From the NCBI GenBank assembly GCA_951406725.2, contig OX597815.1, positions 160,146,001 to 160,210,000 on the forward strand: a stretch of 64,000 nt of DNA. The letters are read 5' to 3'. The notes under the pieces were generated by a model. The model made no database searches. It was not told the origin of the DNA and saw nothing but the letters and a program-made list of their open reading frames with translations. Shown one piece after another: positions 1 through 14,100 of the stretch. A program made the position numbers and the translations under genes. The stretch comes from Octopus vulgaris. Its lineage: Eukaryota. Within the stretch, counting starts at the first letter, position 1, and every line of letters starts with the position of its first letter.

Positions 1-487
1 CTAACGCCATATATATATATATATATATATATAAGGATAGTCTTCTTTTGGTTGCCATATACCTGATCTATTCTCAAGGTTTTGTGTGACTCAGAGCTAA
101 AAGTAGAAGGCACTTGCTCAATATGCCATGTAGTGAGACTGAACACAAAACCACATAGCTGAAGGTAAACTTCACAACCACACAGCTGTGCCCATACCTA
201 TGTGTATACACAGATGCACACTCACACACACATACAAATAATCACATTATGCTGTTGCTTCTGCCTACACTTTCAAGATATGCATATCTAACAAGGGAAG
301 GTAGAAAATGTTTGTATGTTTGCATTTCCATCTGTAAGTGTGTGTGTGTGTTGTGTGTATAAGTTTATCTATGTTTGTGAGTGCATGTATATGTATGTAT
401 TGCATGTGTGACTATATATATAATCAAACACATTTATGTTTTCTCACGTAAAAAAAATTGAAAGCATAACAAAATTGTTCACATATG

Positions 488-1450
488 CATAAGAGTGGCT
501 GTGTGGTAAGTAGCTTGCTTACCAACCACATCGTTCCGGGTTCAGTCCCACTGTGTGGCACCTTGGGCAAGTGTCTTCTACTATAGCCTCAGGCTGACCA
601 AAGCCTTGTGAGTGAATTTGGTAGATGGAAACTGAAAGAAGCCCATTGTATATATGTATATGTGTGTATATGTTTGTGTGTCTGTGTTTGTCCCCCCAAC
701 ATTGCTTGGCAATTCTATTCCAAACACTTACTCCACATAAAAACTTTCAGACAAAGCATGCAATGGAAAATGTAAAGCAGCACTACACACATACACACAC
801 AAAAGATAAAACGGTAAATTTTGGGATTGAAATCCTAGGAAGTGTCTGGCATAAAGTAAAATTTAGATGTCTAAAAAAAAATAATTAACAGATATGGCCT
901 TGTGGTTATGAAGCTTGTTTTGTAACTACGTGATTTTGAGTTCAGTCCCACCTCTGTTCACCTTTGGTATGTGTCTCCTACTATTGCCTCAGGTCTACCA
1001 ATGACATGTTTGTTAAATGGAAACAGTTTGGAACCTGTCATGTGTATGTGTGTGTGCAAATGTGTGCATGTAATGTATGCATGTGTGTGTATATGTGTAT
1101 GTGTGTGTACATATGTGTGCATGTAATCTATGTATATGTGTATGTGCATATATGTGTATGTGTGTATGTGTGTGTGTGCATGTATGTGTATGTGTGTGTG
1201 TGTGTGTATGCTTCTGTATATGGTGTATATGTCTTTCAATTTGTGTTTTTCTGCCTCCTCTTCAGACTTCTTGACAACCAGAATTGATTTGTTTAAATCC
1301 CCATAGTATTAGTGGTTCGGCAAATGAGATTGATAGATTAAGTACCACACTTTCAAAATTGTATTTGGGTCAATTTGTTTGACTAATCCCATCTAGGCAG
1401 TTCTCCAATATGGCTACAGTCCAATGACTGAAACAAATAAAAGATAAAAA
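488..1450 (+). mobile_element. Two SINE A copies (488-705 truncated; 890-1450 diverged with expanded TG repeat)
   Basis: Similarity to 1659-2049. Confidence 0.75.
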
Positions 1451-1658
1451 TCTTGTCATGCATTATAGTAACACAAACTTCATAATGACTATTCTCCTGT
1501 TCTTGTACTTTTTCTGTGAAATGAAGGACAATGTCATCAAGATTCATGTTTCTGACACATTATCTACTCATGAAAATTATGCCTAAATTGTCCAGCCTGT
1601 TGATGTTTATATCCTGCACTGTTTACAAGCAGTGTTACAATATAATTTTAAACAGTTT

Positions 1659-2049
1659 TGGATGTGTGGTAAGTAACTTGCTTACCAACTACATGGTTCT
1701 GGGTTCAGTCCCACTGAATGGCACCTTGGGCAAGTGTCTTCTACTATAGCCTTGGGCCGACCAAAGCCTTGTGAGTGGATTTGGTAGATGGAAACTGAAA
1801 GAAGCCTGTCGTATATATGTATATATATATGTATGTGTGTGTATATGTTTGTGTGTCTGTGTTTGTCCCCCCAACATCGCTTGACAACCGATGCTGGTGT
1901 GTTTACATCCCCGTAACTTAACAGTTCAGCAAAAGAGTCCAATAGAATAAGTACTAAGCTTACAAAGAATAAGTCCTGGGGTCGATTTGCTCAACTAAAG
2001 GCAGTGCTCCAGCATGGCCGCAGTCAAATGACTGAAACAAGTAAAAGAG
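1659..2049 (+). mobile_element. SINE family A (tRNA-like head GTGTGGTAAG…GGTTCAGTCCC, CORE-like GCACCTTGGGCAAGT, internal TA/TG microsatellite)
   Basis: A/B-box-like head and many copies in the window. Flanked by a 75-bp direct repeat. Confidence 0.85.
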
Positions 2050-3037
2050 TAAATTGTCTAACCCGTTGATGTTCATATCCTGCACTGTTTACAAGCAGTG
2101 TTACAATATAATTTTAAACAATTTAAATAGTTTAAAGAAGGTGTCCTTGAGAGATTCAAAACCCAAGTAATTTAATCAGATAGTTAAAAACATGTATCTT
2201 CCACTCAATGAAACTTTTACCCTGTGGCACTGCTTTCAGATTATTCAAATTCATTCAACATATTTCTCCCTTGTGGTTGTCCAATTTCAGGTGAAATGTT
2301 TCTGCCAAAGATTTGAGATCGGTCATTTGCATTGAAAAAATCAGGCATTTTGGGCATTAAGATGAGTTTTTATATTAGAATTTTTTTTTATGGAAAGCAA
2401 CATGAAAGCTCCAAGCATATTTGATCCAAAACAAGAATGAAGGTCTCATCAAGAGTTTGCGAAAGGATTTCCACTTTGTGTCAACCAGCTTATAATCCAA
2501 CAACCTTACTGACCATTGAGTCCTCTAAACACTCTCGAAATTTTCCTTGCTGCTCTGGGTTCTTCCAAATTAGCCGGTTGTTCTTAATAAAACCCATTGG
2601 TTTATTGCTTGTTCATATGTCATGTCATGCTTGTTCATATGTCACTTGTTCATATGTCATGCTTGTTCATATGTCATGTACTTTCATCATTCACACTATT
2701 TCATTTTCATTGATATCCTCAATACAAGAGGATCAATTCCTTTTCCTTTGTTGCAGTCAGATCCAGTAAAAATAATTACATGATCTTCACCAGAGGTTTG
2801 ATTTTTAGAGGACTTTTTTTATCTTGTTTCAGTCATCAGTCTGTGGCTATTCTGGGGCACCACCTTGAAGGACTTTTAGTCAAATGAATCAAACCCAATA
2901 TTTTTTTTTATATTAAAATTATTCTTAAGTCTGATACTTATTCTCTCTGTCTGTTAGTCATGGGGATATAAACACACCAACACTAGTTGTCAAGTGGTGG
3001 TGGGGATCAAATACAGGCACAAAGACACAGACAACTT

Positions 3038-3100
<63 letters not shown>

Positions 3101-3110
3101 TATGAGGAGA

Positions 3111-3440
3111 CGCTCTTCAGTCATGAACGACCATGGGATTGCACCTAGAAAGTTACCCTCCAAGGCACAAGCCAGGCAAGGTTTGTTTATGGAAGGTCAG
3201 CAGTCGCCTATGCATACGAGCTTCCCCTCTCCACACCACTGATGTTCTCCAAGGGAAAGGCAAAGGCCGATACAGCTTGGCACCAGTGATGACACAACTC
3301 ATTTCTACAGCTGAGTTAACAGGAGCAACATGAAATAAATTGTCTTGCTCAAGAACAACACACAGCCCGGTCCCGGAGTTGAACTCACAACCTCATGATC
3401 ATAAGCTTGACACTCTAACCACTGAGCCATGCACGTTCAG
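3111..3440 (-). mobile_element. SINE family C (head GCATGGCTCAGTGGTTAGAG…GTTCTTGAGCAAGAC)
   Basis: Reverse complement of the copies at 22500-22762, 29570-29735 and 61057-61700. Confidence 0.82.
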
Positions 3441-3503
3441 ACACACACAAATATATATGTATATATATGTGTGTGTATATATACATATACATATATATAT
3501 ATA

Positions 3504-3551
<48 letters not shown>

Positions 3552-3745
3552 CATTTTTCAATGTCATAAGAAAATCAGTACTGGCTATAATTTCTAAAAA
3601 AGTTCAGTAGAGATAACCTTACCAAGAGCTGCAATAGCACTGCTAACACAGTAGAACACAATATTGACTTATAAAAATGTTTAATATGCTTTTTAGCATG
3701 CTATGGTTGCATAACGAAATATGGTGTCCCTACAGGTCATTAATG

Positions 3746-4491
3746 TGTAATGTAGCAGGAATATTTAGTCACTATATCCAAAGTCCTGATTGGCTAGAAT
3801 AAGGAAATTCTGACCAATCAGGACACTACCTAGAGTTGACCTCCTACAGAGATTCTAGCTTTTGAAGCTGTCTCTCTGAGTTGATTTTTTTGCTATAAAA
3901 ATGCCACATTTCAGGCACCTGAAGCAGAATGCCAGAGCTGTGTGAAAGAGCACAGCCAACTCTAAAATACGTCACACAGAGTATTGGGAGACACACACAG
4001 AGAACACTGAAAGAATGGTCTAGCTGAAGAGATGATCTGTTGACTTGACTGCTGATCATCTACTGAATTTTCTTATTTCTTTCTTGCCCACAAGGGGCTA
4101 AACATAGAGGGGACAAACAAGGACAGACAAACGGATTAAGTCGATTACATTGACGCCAGTGTGTAACTGATAATTAATTTATCGACCCGACCCGAAAGGA
4201 TGAAAGGCAAAGTCAACCTCGGTGGAATTTTAACTCAGAACATAACAGCAGACAAAATACTGCTAAGCATTTCGCCCAGCGTGCTAACGTTTCTGCCAGC
4301 TCACTGCCTTATTACTGAATTTTCTTGTCTGTCTCCACAGCTGTACAAAGAAAAACAACATCTCAACTCTCCACAATTTGGCCATTTATCATAACAATAT
4401 CTTTCCTTGTAAACGAAGGCGATAAATACCTCCTTAATTGAAAATCTCTCAACCAGGTTTCTGTCTTTATCATTACTCCATCTTCATTACA
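3746..4491 (+). mobile_element. Possible solo LTR containing a SINE
   Basis: TGTAATG…CATTACA termini, inverted CCAAT hairpin at 3783-3824 and TATAAAA at 3894. No matching TSD. Confidence 0.4.
4075..4312 (-). mobile_element. SINE family B (tRNA-like head, conserved GCCTTTCATCCTTTCGGGGTCGAT…AGTACCAG domain) with 14-bp TSD
   Basis: TSD TACTGAATTTTCTT at 4061-4074 and 4313-4326. The family occurs many times in the window. Confidence 0.85.
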
Positions 4492-4914
4492 TATATATAT
4501 ATGTGTTCTTGGTGTATAGATACATGAGCGTGTGACTTCAGATTAACATATTGCACTGATGTATATATGAGTATATATGTGTCTATCAACATAAATTTAC
4601 CAATACATAGACATTTATATTAACATACCTTTTCAGTAATTATATATGGCAAAGTGTATGAGTTTGTATAATTTTCTTTGAATTTGAATGTGGACATGAA
4701 TAAAGAATGCCAATACAAGTTTAACATCGCATGTCAGCTATTGTGGTCTTGAATTTTCCATAATCAATGTTTTTATATTCAAAATTACTTTAGTCTTATC
4801 TTCTGGTTATGAGTAGTACAGTTTCTAATTTCCCTACTTTCAAAACGCACACACTCATGCACTCACACTACTTTCATGCACTCACACATGTATATCATTT
4901 GTGTGTGCATATAA

Positions 4915-4974
4915 CATACATAAACATACACATCTATATGTATATACACAAATCCATAATTTATAAACATACAT

Positions 4975-5015
<41 letters not shown>

Positions 5016-5022
5016 CATGCAT

Positions 5023-5089
<67 letters not shown>

Positions 5090-5211
5090 AATATATATGG
5101 TGGTGCCCCAGCATGGCCACAGCTCGTGAGCTGAAACTAGATGAAATAAAAATAAAATACACACACACAAATGCACACACACACACACACACACACACAA
5201 ATGCACACACG

Positions 5212-5260
<49 letters not shown>
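4915..5260. repeat. Compound (TA)n/(CA)n microsatellite region
   Basis: Directly visible; produces the spurious [12 protein letters not shown] ORFs. Confidence 0.95.
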
Positions 5261-5266
<6 letters not shown>

Positions 5267-5876
5267 CAAAGCTTCATATGTTAGTAAGAAATCATCGTTC
5301 ATTTATCAAATAAAACCCAGTTGCTAACGGTAAATAAAGCAGATATAGATTTAATGTTATCCTTAAAGACATAGTTATGGTTTGGTGGTTCATGTTTATT
5401 TGAAACTTGCAAACAAATTATCACAAAGATAAGAAAGCCTCAAGCCACAGATGGTCAAATTATTAGGTGTTGGACTAACAGCTAAAGAATTACTGATTCG
5501 TACATTCAACGTTAAAATGACCCAATCCACCTTTCTGTAAATGTATATGGTAATGCACATGCAGTTCACAGCTGTAAGCTGAAGCAAGCAATCCAGTAAA
5601 ATTGACAAATGTTTTGATAGCTTGCCATGTTAGTTTTAACAGCTTTTATGGATAAATAGCTTAGAAAGAGATGGCCTCCTAAAAGTTGGTTTGCTCTAGA
5701 TGCAGTAAATATCAGTGAGGTAATCAGTAGCATCCCTTCTGCTCAATGGCTTGTGCGGCTCCTTAAAATAAATATAATAAATAAGTGGGGGTGGTGGTAA
5801 GAAGTTTGCTTCCAGGCCACATGGTTCTTGATTCGGTCTCTACATGTCACCTCAGGAAAGTGGTAATACCTCTTAA

Positions 5877-6097
5877 CCCTTTCGTTACTGTATTAATTTT
5901 GAGATGTTCTGTGTTTCTTCCAATTATTTTAAATATAACAAAGAATTTAGTAAAATATCTTCGTTATCATTAGGCTAGTATTAGGAACATAAATTGTGAC
6001 TAAGGTTTGGTGGAAGATTTGAATTCAAAACTTATGGAAAGAAGACATTCATACTAAAGAGCCAGAGCCGGTTTCAGCTGGATTGGTAATGAAAGGG
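5877..6097. mobile_element. piggyBac-type MITE
   Basis: TTAA|CCCTTTCGTTAC … GTAATGAAAGGG|TTAA. Diverged relatives near 13420-13645 and 60760-60965. Confidence 0.8.
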
Positions 6098-6780
6098 TTA
6101 AATGCATTGGCTATGGAGAGAATGTTGTGCCAAGGATTAGATATGAACAGCTGACCTCTGAGTTAGTGTCTGATGTCATCTCAACTATCTCATATTCTCA
6201 TGACCTTCTGTTGAGGTTGCTCTTTCTGTTGATATAAAACAAAATAACTATCAAATTACCCAGAAATACCTTATCATCTTAAAAAAAAGGATGGATGTCA
6301 TTTTGATACTAGTCCCAGAATACAGTTTGAAAACAAAATAGGATGGTCATGAATGGAATTTTCATACATAGATTTGTTCAATCAAAACTGAATTGAGGGA
6401 AAACAAGTTGCCAACAAAAGAGCCTTTGCATGGTTATGCAAATTGCAAAAAATAGCATCCAAATCTCCTTCAAACCAAATTATACCATCTTAAAAATAAA
6501 GACAAGAATACACTGAATACTGTATTCTTTTATAAAGTAAAGCTATTGAACAGTTACTTTCATCTTGAGACAACAGAATACACTGTTTCTCAGTGTTTTG
6601 TTACCTTGGTGAGGGTTTACTCTTACTCTTTTACTTGTTTCAGTCATTTGACTGTGGCCATGCTAGAGCACAACCTTTAGTTGAGCAAATCGACCCCAGG
6701 ACTTTTTTTTTTGTAAGCCTAGTACTTATTCTATCTGTCTCTTTTACCAAACCGCCAAGTTATGGGGATGTAAACACACC

Positions 6781-6963
6781 ACCCACTACACTCACGGAGT
6801 GGTTGGTGTTAGGAAGGGCATCCAGCTGTAGAAACACTGCCAGATCAGATTGGGGGCTGGTGCAGCCTCCTGGCTTCCCAGATCCCCGGTTGAACCGTCC
6901 AACCCATGCTAGCATGGAGAACGGACGTTAAACGATGATGATGATGATGATGATGATGATGAT
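6781..6963 (+). mobile_element. RTE-type LINE/SINE 3' tail ending in (GAT)n
   Basis: CCAACCCATGCTAGCATGG…GACGTTAAACGATGATGAT; the same tail occurs at 11490-11541 and 59777-59905 (minus). Confidence 0.7.
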
Positions 6964-9551
6964 CAGCAGCAGCTGTCAGCAAGATTTGAACCAAGGACAT
7001 AAAGGGCCAGAACAAGCATTGCAAACATTTTGTACTATACTAATACTTCTGCCAATCCACCATCTTGGAATTATATCATGAAACAGAGAGTCTCTCTATT
7101 GTGAAACTGAAACATTCACCATATTTGTTTAATCTTAAGCACTAATAATTCATAGACCAAATTCTAAATGTCTTGTACTAATATTTCTTTCTTGAAATTT
7201 TTTTTAATACATACTTATTTTACTTCCAACTCTTATATTTCAGTTTCTTACCTAATTTAAAATGCTGATAGCATTTCAGGAAAAAATTACGTTCATAGAT
7301 TTATAAGACGAACTGTTTGTTTTTTTTATGCAAAATAAAAAAATTGAATTTTAACTGACATTATAAAATCTTAATTTTTCTCTCTCACCACCACAACAAT
7401 AAATTCAAACCTACATGTTATGCTAATGCAGGTGCATGCACACAAATAAACATACATATATATGTACATACACACTTGAACACAGAGGCACATAAACATA
7501 TACACACGTAGTCACACAAATGTAGAAAGATAAATATTTTATCAAGTACTTCTCTGACTAAAAAACATGAACGAATATTTCAGAAATTATTCTCAGAAGA
7601 TAAAATGAAACCCTAAAGGATAGAAATTATGACACCTCACATGTGTGGATACAAAATTAAACATATGTATATATATATATATATCTGTGTGTGTGTGTTT
7701 GTGTGTGTACATATATTCAAGCATGCATACATATTGTATGCATATGTGTGTTTAAACATAACATAAATTTGATTAAAAGTTCTATCAACTACTAAATGTT
7801 TCAAGATATTCAGAGATATTTTCTGATTATTTTTATCTTCAACAAAAGAGAAGGTTCTTTAAGAATTGTAGTTCTGATAATCCACTTCAGTAAAATTCTG
7901 ATGTCAAAATATGTTAACTGTCATACATTACTTTATATAGAAGCTTCTAAATGTTAATCTAATGAAAGGGAACAAACAGTTAAAAACAAAACGTTAGTAA
8001 ACAATATAGTACATATTTAATTCATACTCGACAAAAAAAATGCTTTGAGTCATGATGGAGTGTGTGAATAACTTTTAAAAGGTTAGCTGTCTACAGAAGA
8101 ACAGTCACTAAACTAAAAACCCTGTCAGCCTTGATAACAGGAAGATAAACAGTGTTTCTAAATTGAGCTCAACTCTAAGAACACTCAAAAATGTACATTT
8201 CTCAAATAAAAAGAAAGTGACTGAACATCCCTGAATAAAAATACATAAAAATGAAGATATCAGGAATTAGTAATATGTAAATCTAATTACATCACTTCTA
8301 CTGTCAGTTGACTGAAAATCACACCTCCTCCTTTGAGATACAGGTACAACTTCGATTCTCCAGAACCTTTGGTTCCAGAGCTTTCCTTAATTAATCAAGA
8401 TTATACCTCTACTGAGGTGAGGTAAACATCCGTAAACAGTGTTTAAATAAACTAAGATGCGAGAGTGACTTAATTAAAATTGGAAACAGACAAGATATCA
8501 AGGAGGAAGAATTGCTTGACTTTCAGCAAACACAGTGATAATTTCAGTTATTTATGCGTTTGTCAGATTGTTGGAGAGAAAGAAATATATGCATCTACAG
8601 AAAATGGTTGTACATACAATAATATGACAACATAGCATATATCCACTGAGATGTAACCAAGGGATATCTATCATCTTCATAATAAGTAAATAGTGAAAGT
8701 TAGCTCTTATAACAATTACTATATATATTTTTTCTTAGTTTTAATCTTAGTCACTTAACCATTTAGCATTCAGATTACTTTGTCAAATGTAATGCTTATT
8801 TATTTACATTGTTTTAAATTAATCCTGCATTATCTCAAAGCTTTGTGATTTTAACGATGTGATTATATATTTTTAGAATGACATTGTAGGGTAGGTGTGA
8901 GAAGTCAGATCTGGTCAGATTGAACATAAAATGGATTGAATTTTTGGGCCTGACATTACCAATACATATGCTAAAGAGTGACTCATTCTTTTGTGCTAGC
9001 TGGACCATTGCCACCCATTTAATTGGATGCCTTACTCTCTGCTACTACTTTTGCTGTAACTATATCTTTATGGATCTGAGAGGTCCAGCTCTTAGCTGGT
9101 CAGCTGTATAGTGTAGGGTTTGGGACAGTTTAATTGAACACAAATGGTATGTGGTCATTAAGCAGCTTTCATATTGCATGGCCAAACCATTTCAGTTGCT
9201 TCCATCTTATTACTTCAGTAATAAGATGGAAGAAATTGAAATAATTACTTTGAAAGTATCTGCTGCTGGATGGTGCTTTGCAGTTTATAAATCCCAAACT
9301 GGGAAAATGTTTAAGGTCTACAACCCTTAATAAATACAGCTCAGTGAATGATGATTACTCTCCATAGCAACACAACCCAATCATTTAAATTAATCAAGTA
9401 TATACCTGTTTAAACCTTGTTAACTTGGCTAATTTCATAAAGGCTTTCCCATAACTCAAACAAAGGAAATCTCCTGTAGGCAAGAAATTAAATTTAGTGA
9501 AATTTACTTGGACACAAGGACAGAAAAGTGAAGGGCAGTAGAAACAATATG

Positions 9552-10053
9552 TAATGTAAACATTACCAATGCTACATGTTTAATGTACATGTGCTGTTTA
9601 AATGCCAGGAGCTGCAGTTTATCATCTGAGAAAAATCCCTTTAAAAACATTATAGTATTAAAAACACAATATACTTCAGAGTTTAGCAAAATGAAATTGC
9701 CCCAGGTGTGAACACAAGAATGGTAGATACACATTTTGCTGTAATTGCAGCTTATAAATACTGCACATTTTAGTAATTTCTGAAACGAAATTGAAATCTC
9801 TAGCCTGAAGCATATACAAATAATGTAAAAACTATTTGCTAATTTGCAATGATGCTGCACAAGTAGAATAAATTCAAAACATGTAATAGAAGAAGATTTA
9901 TAATGTAAACATTATCAGCACCATATATTTAATGTACATGAGTTATTCAAATGTCAGGAACAGTGGTTTATCATCCAGGGAAAATGCCTTTAAAGATGTT
10001 ATAGTGTTGTAAAACAATATATATTAAGAACTGTGTGAGATTAAATTGCCCCA
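9552..10053. repeat. Diverged ~155-bp direct repeat pair
   Basis: TAATGTAAACATTA…TTTAATGTACATG…AAATTGCCCCAG at 9552-9705 and 9901-10053. Confidence 0.75.
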
Positions 10054-10616
10054 GAAGTCAACATGAGAGTAGCAATTACAACTAAATACGTGCTTACCAC
10101 TTTCATCTAGGGTGATTTTGCTTCACCTAGCTCTGATGTATAGCGGGTTTTTTAATGCTATACATTTTTAAAGGGACCTTTTTTTTGTAGGACAGCCAAA
10201 CCAAGTTGGCTGCATCGATCACTGCTGCAATCCAACAACTCCTTCAAGCTTCACCACTACCATCCTGTTGCTAGCAGTGGTAGTGAGCTGCAGGCAATCT
10301 GCCATCTGCATGTCACCATCCCTGGTTGGTATGAGGGTCGCTGGATCCTGTGTGTGTGTGTGTGTGTGAGTGAGTGTGTGTGTTTGTGTGTGTGTGCATG
10401 CGTGTGTTTGTGTGTGTCAAGCATTTGTCATCATGCTTGTACTTGGCAGTGGCTGTTGACATGGTGACAGCTGTGCTCATGCTCATGTCCATTCTGGTGA
10501 TGGCTGCTCTCATACTCACCATCTGGTTCCTGCTCCTGGATGTCTTTGTGCTCATGGTCATAATCATGTCTGCCTCTGTCTGGTGTTTAAGCAACACACA
10601 TAAGTACCTAGTATTG

Positions 10617-11128
10617 GTAATCTAGTACAGAAAGACAACAAGGTAATATCGTTTGTAGGAGAAGTTGAGAAGGGGAAAGTGGGGAGTAAAGTGTAGTGTC
10701 AGCAAGAAACAGGGGACAATAAGCTAAGAGAAGTTAAGAGAAGTTAGTATGGGTATGCGTTAAGGTACTTGCTTGTGAACGTGATAAGAAGAATGAAGGG
10801 AGGAATGACAGGGTGAATGAACAGATAGAAGAAAGCGACAATTGAGAAGTTAACAATTAACAATGGAGACATGAAAAGCAAAAAATGAAAAATGACAAAA
10901 TTTTGAAGAAAATGAAAAAAATGATGAGAAGCTGAGGCAGTGTGAAAGGATGAGGTTTTAATAGATAACATGAACTGTGAAGGGACCCTTGGAAATCCTC
11001 GTTTAAAATTCCAGAAGGTTATTTTTTTTAGCGTCCCCTGTTCCTTTCTGATACTTCACTCTTCTCTTTCACCTTCCCAACCTCTCCTACTAACAGCATT
11101 ACCCTGTTGTCTCTCTGTACTAGACCAC
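10617..11128. mobile_element. Old non-autonomous DNA transposon with ~105-bp TIRs
   Basis: TCTAGTACAGAAAGACAACAAGGTAAT…AACAGGGGAC (10617-10722) is the diverged inverse of 11028-11128. Purine-rich interior. Confidence 0.7.
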
Positions 11129-14100
11129 AACTATATTGCCTGAGATACACAAACACAGTATAAGTAATGTTTAATCTGAATTAAATATTTAATATATTTT
11201 CTGAGTTCAAATTCTGCCAAGGTCGACTTTACCTTTCATCCTTTCAGGATCAATAAAATAAGTAGCTGTAGAGTACTGGGGTCGATGTAATCGATATACC
11301 TACTCCCCAAAACTGCTGGTTTTGTGACCAAAATTTGAAACTAATATTTAATATATTTAGTAGTTTATCAAAGGGAATTAGATGTGTAAATGAAACACAG
11401 CTATGAAGTAAGGTAGGCTGGCAGATTTGATAATAGACACACTTTGCATACCATAATTTTGATTATCTGCTTCATCAGCTCCAGTCACACTGTCCAACCC
11501 ATGCCAGCATGGAAGGAGGGCGTGAAATGATGATGATGATGAATTCACAAGTTCTTAATCAGTGACTGAGAAAGAAATTAGATATTTTTTAGGTGGTAGA
11601 TGATAGGATCTTTTATCTTCTATGTGTGGTGCTCCAGCATGGACTGTGGCCATGCTGGGGTCTCTGCTTGAAGAGTTTTAGTCGAACAAATTTACAGGGA
11701 CATAAACAAACCAACACTAGTTGCCAAGTAGTGGAGATGGAACACAAAGAAATACATATATATATGATGGGCTTCTTTCAATTTCTGTCTACCAAATCCA
11801 CCAGTCTTTTAGTGGTCTGGAACAATAATAGAAGATATTTTCCACACAGTGGGACAGAATCTGAAACCATGAAGTTTAATTGAAAAGCAAACTTCTTATG
11901 ACACAGCTATGCCTGCACATAAATCTGCTAAAGTAACCGGTTGTGTAAAGTTTCTAAGTTTATATATACATGCAACCCCAAACGAGTGCAGGTACTCTTT
12001 CAGGCTTTCAAGCCTTCATCCTGACGAACATTCAGTATGGAACAGCTGCAGGAGGAGAAAGGACTTCAACAATATTTAGTTTGAATTTCATTTCAGGTTA
12101 GGAGCTTAGAGCAACATAAAATAATTAATTTAGGACTTAAGATGTCATCAATACCTGAATTGAACCTACAACCGCATGATTTTGAGCTCAACACTCATAT
12201 TCCAGGCTACAAGTCTTAATTCAAGAGGGCGTCCATTTCTGATCACAACTATATAAGCATCTAGAACAATTAGTAAATGGATAAAAGCTTGGACTATACA
12301 ACCAAGTCAGATTTGCAAGTAAGTGACAACAGTTTTGTTGTCTTTGTTTTTTTAAAGGTATAGAAAAGTTGACTGGATAATATAAATCTAATTGGATAAA
12401 AGCATTGAAATAAAGGCATTTAGATGATATCGCAGAGCTGTAAATGATGTATAGAAAAGATATGAAATGCAATAGATGAGGTTAAGATTACAATGAATCC
12501 AAGCATTTCAAATAATGGTTAAACTAAAACCCAAAAAAAAAAAATAAATATCAATTTACTAGAAAAAAAACGGAATCAATGTTCCAATCAACTGTGCCTC
12601 ATCTTTGAAAAAAATATTATACATTAGTCAGAAAAATAATCAATATTATTTAATGAGAACATAGGAAAATTCTGATCTGATTATAGTTGAGTTGAGGTGA
12701 TATTCTGGTGATTTTAGACAAAACTAACAATGCTATTTCCCTCTTGTGTTTTTCTTAGTTAACCCTTAGAGAAAAAGAGATGCCTACAGTATTTGATAGG
12801 CATAGAGGACTGTTAGGGATTGTTGTAGTTCACGCTTAAATTAAACTTCTGTATATTGATGCCAATAAGGAAGATGTGGATGAGGATGGAACTCCAGAAG
12901 ATGGACATGGTGAACCATTTTTGAAAAAAGTGGGCTACATGAGATAGGTCTCATAATCATGCAGGCTGCATTACTAAAAAAGTTCAAGGTAAATTTTGTT
13001 TGACATGTCATGCAAAATGTTCCTCAGGCTGCCTGTGACTGATGGATTTGTGTTGGCTGGGAGCAGCTGGAATTGATACACATTAGAGATGGCAAAAGGT
13101 AGGAAGGTATTTATATTAGCTCAGCAGGATTCCATGTTGCTAATACCCTTGAGAATGGCATGGACTACACAATACCTTATTTCACCTCTCCATTGCCCTA
13201 TTAAAATACATGGCCTTTTTATCAAATCAAACAGAAACCATTAATACTGAGAATCAGGTTTGTCTGACTGTTGTTGTTGTTGTATCATTTAGCACCTGTC
13301 AGCCTTGATCAAGTCAACCTATATTCAAAGGTGTTCCATCTATGACCATCCCTTTTTTTCTAGGTTAATATGTTTACGATAACATCCTAATTCAATTTGA
13401 AATTCCTTTTTCATTTTTAATCTTTTTGTTACCATATTTCTATTGAAATACTCTGCTTTTGTTTCAATAAATTTTGATAATAAGGAATAATTTACTAAAA
13501 ATAATCTTTCACATTATTAAGCTAGCGTTTGATGCATAAATTATCCTGAAATATTTATAGAAAGTTTTAATTTAGAACACTTTAAAAAAGCAAGTTTGTA
13601 TTGGAACCAAGGGCAGTTACAAGTGAATTGGTTTCAAAATAGTTAAGATGGCACTATATGATACAAGGGATATCTGATTGGCCTTTCTTGCAAATCAAGA
13701 CACCCTAGTGAGCTGGGTGTAGTAATATAATATGGTTGAAGAATAATTAAAAGTAATGGGTACTGTTAACTTCAATGAGGGAAAAACAAGAAATAATCAA
13801 ATCATGCAATAAATGATGGATCATTGATGATGAACTTTAAAAATTGGTTTTAGTGTTGTCATGTGCTCATAAATAAGGCTTCTACCTCTTTTTGCTTCAG
13901 TAATCTTTGTTGAAAATAGATTACCTCTCTCATTTCACAGTTGATTGGTGAGGGCATACATTTTTAATGGAAATAATTTAAAATATTTATGGGGTTTTAT
14001 TCTTTGGAAATGAATGCAAAATTCAATAAATACTATTAATATTAATTTTTTAAGCAAACATTTCTATTGGAGAAAAAATAATGAATTCTTCATTATCACA

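Noticed and set aside
488-560. tRNA genes at SINE heads
   Set aside because: A/B-box-like motifs continue into SINE bodies, and I could not fold a full cloverleaf.
2440-2600. Minus-strand LINE-linker-like peptide (VDTKWKSFRKLL), and a similar zf-RVT-like trace at 58680-58770
   Set aside because: Too short and degenerate to call as features.
625-5313. ORFs rich in YI/CV/HT dipeptides, and poly-I/N/L ORFs at 50689-50977 and 53488-53790
   Set aside because: They are translations of (TA)n, (TG)n and (TAA)n microsatellites and SINE bodies.
10313-10625. His/Met/Ser-rich ORFs on both strands
   Set aside because: Low-complexity sequence next to (TG)n, with no recognisable domain or convincing splice sites.
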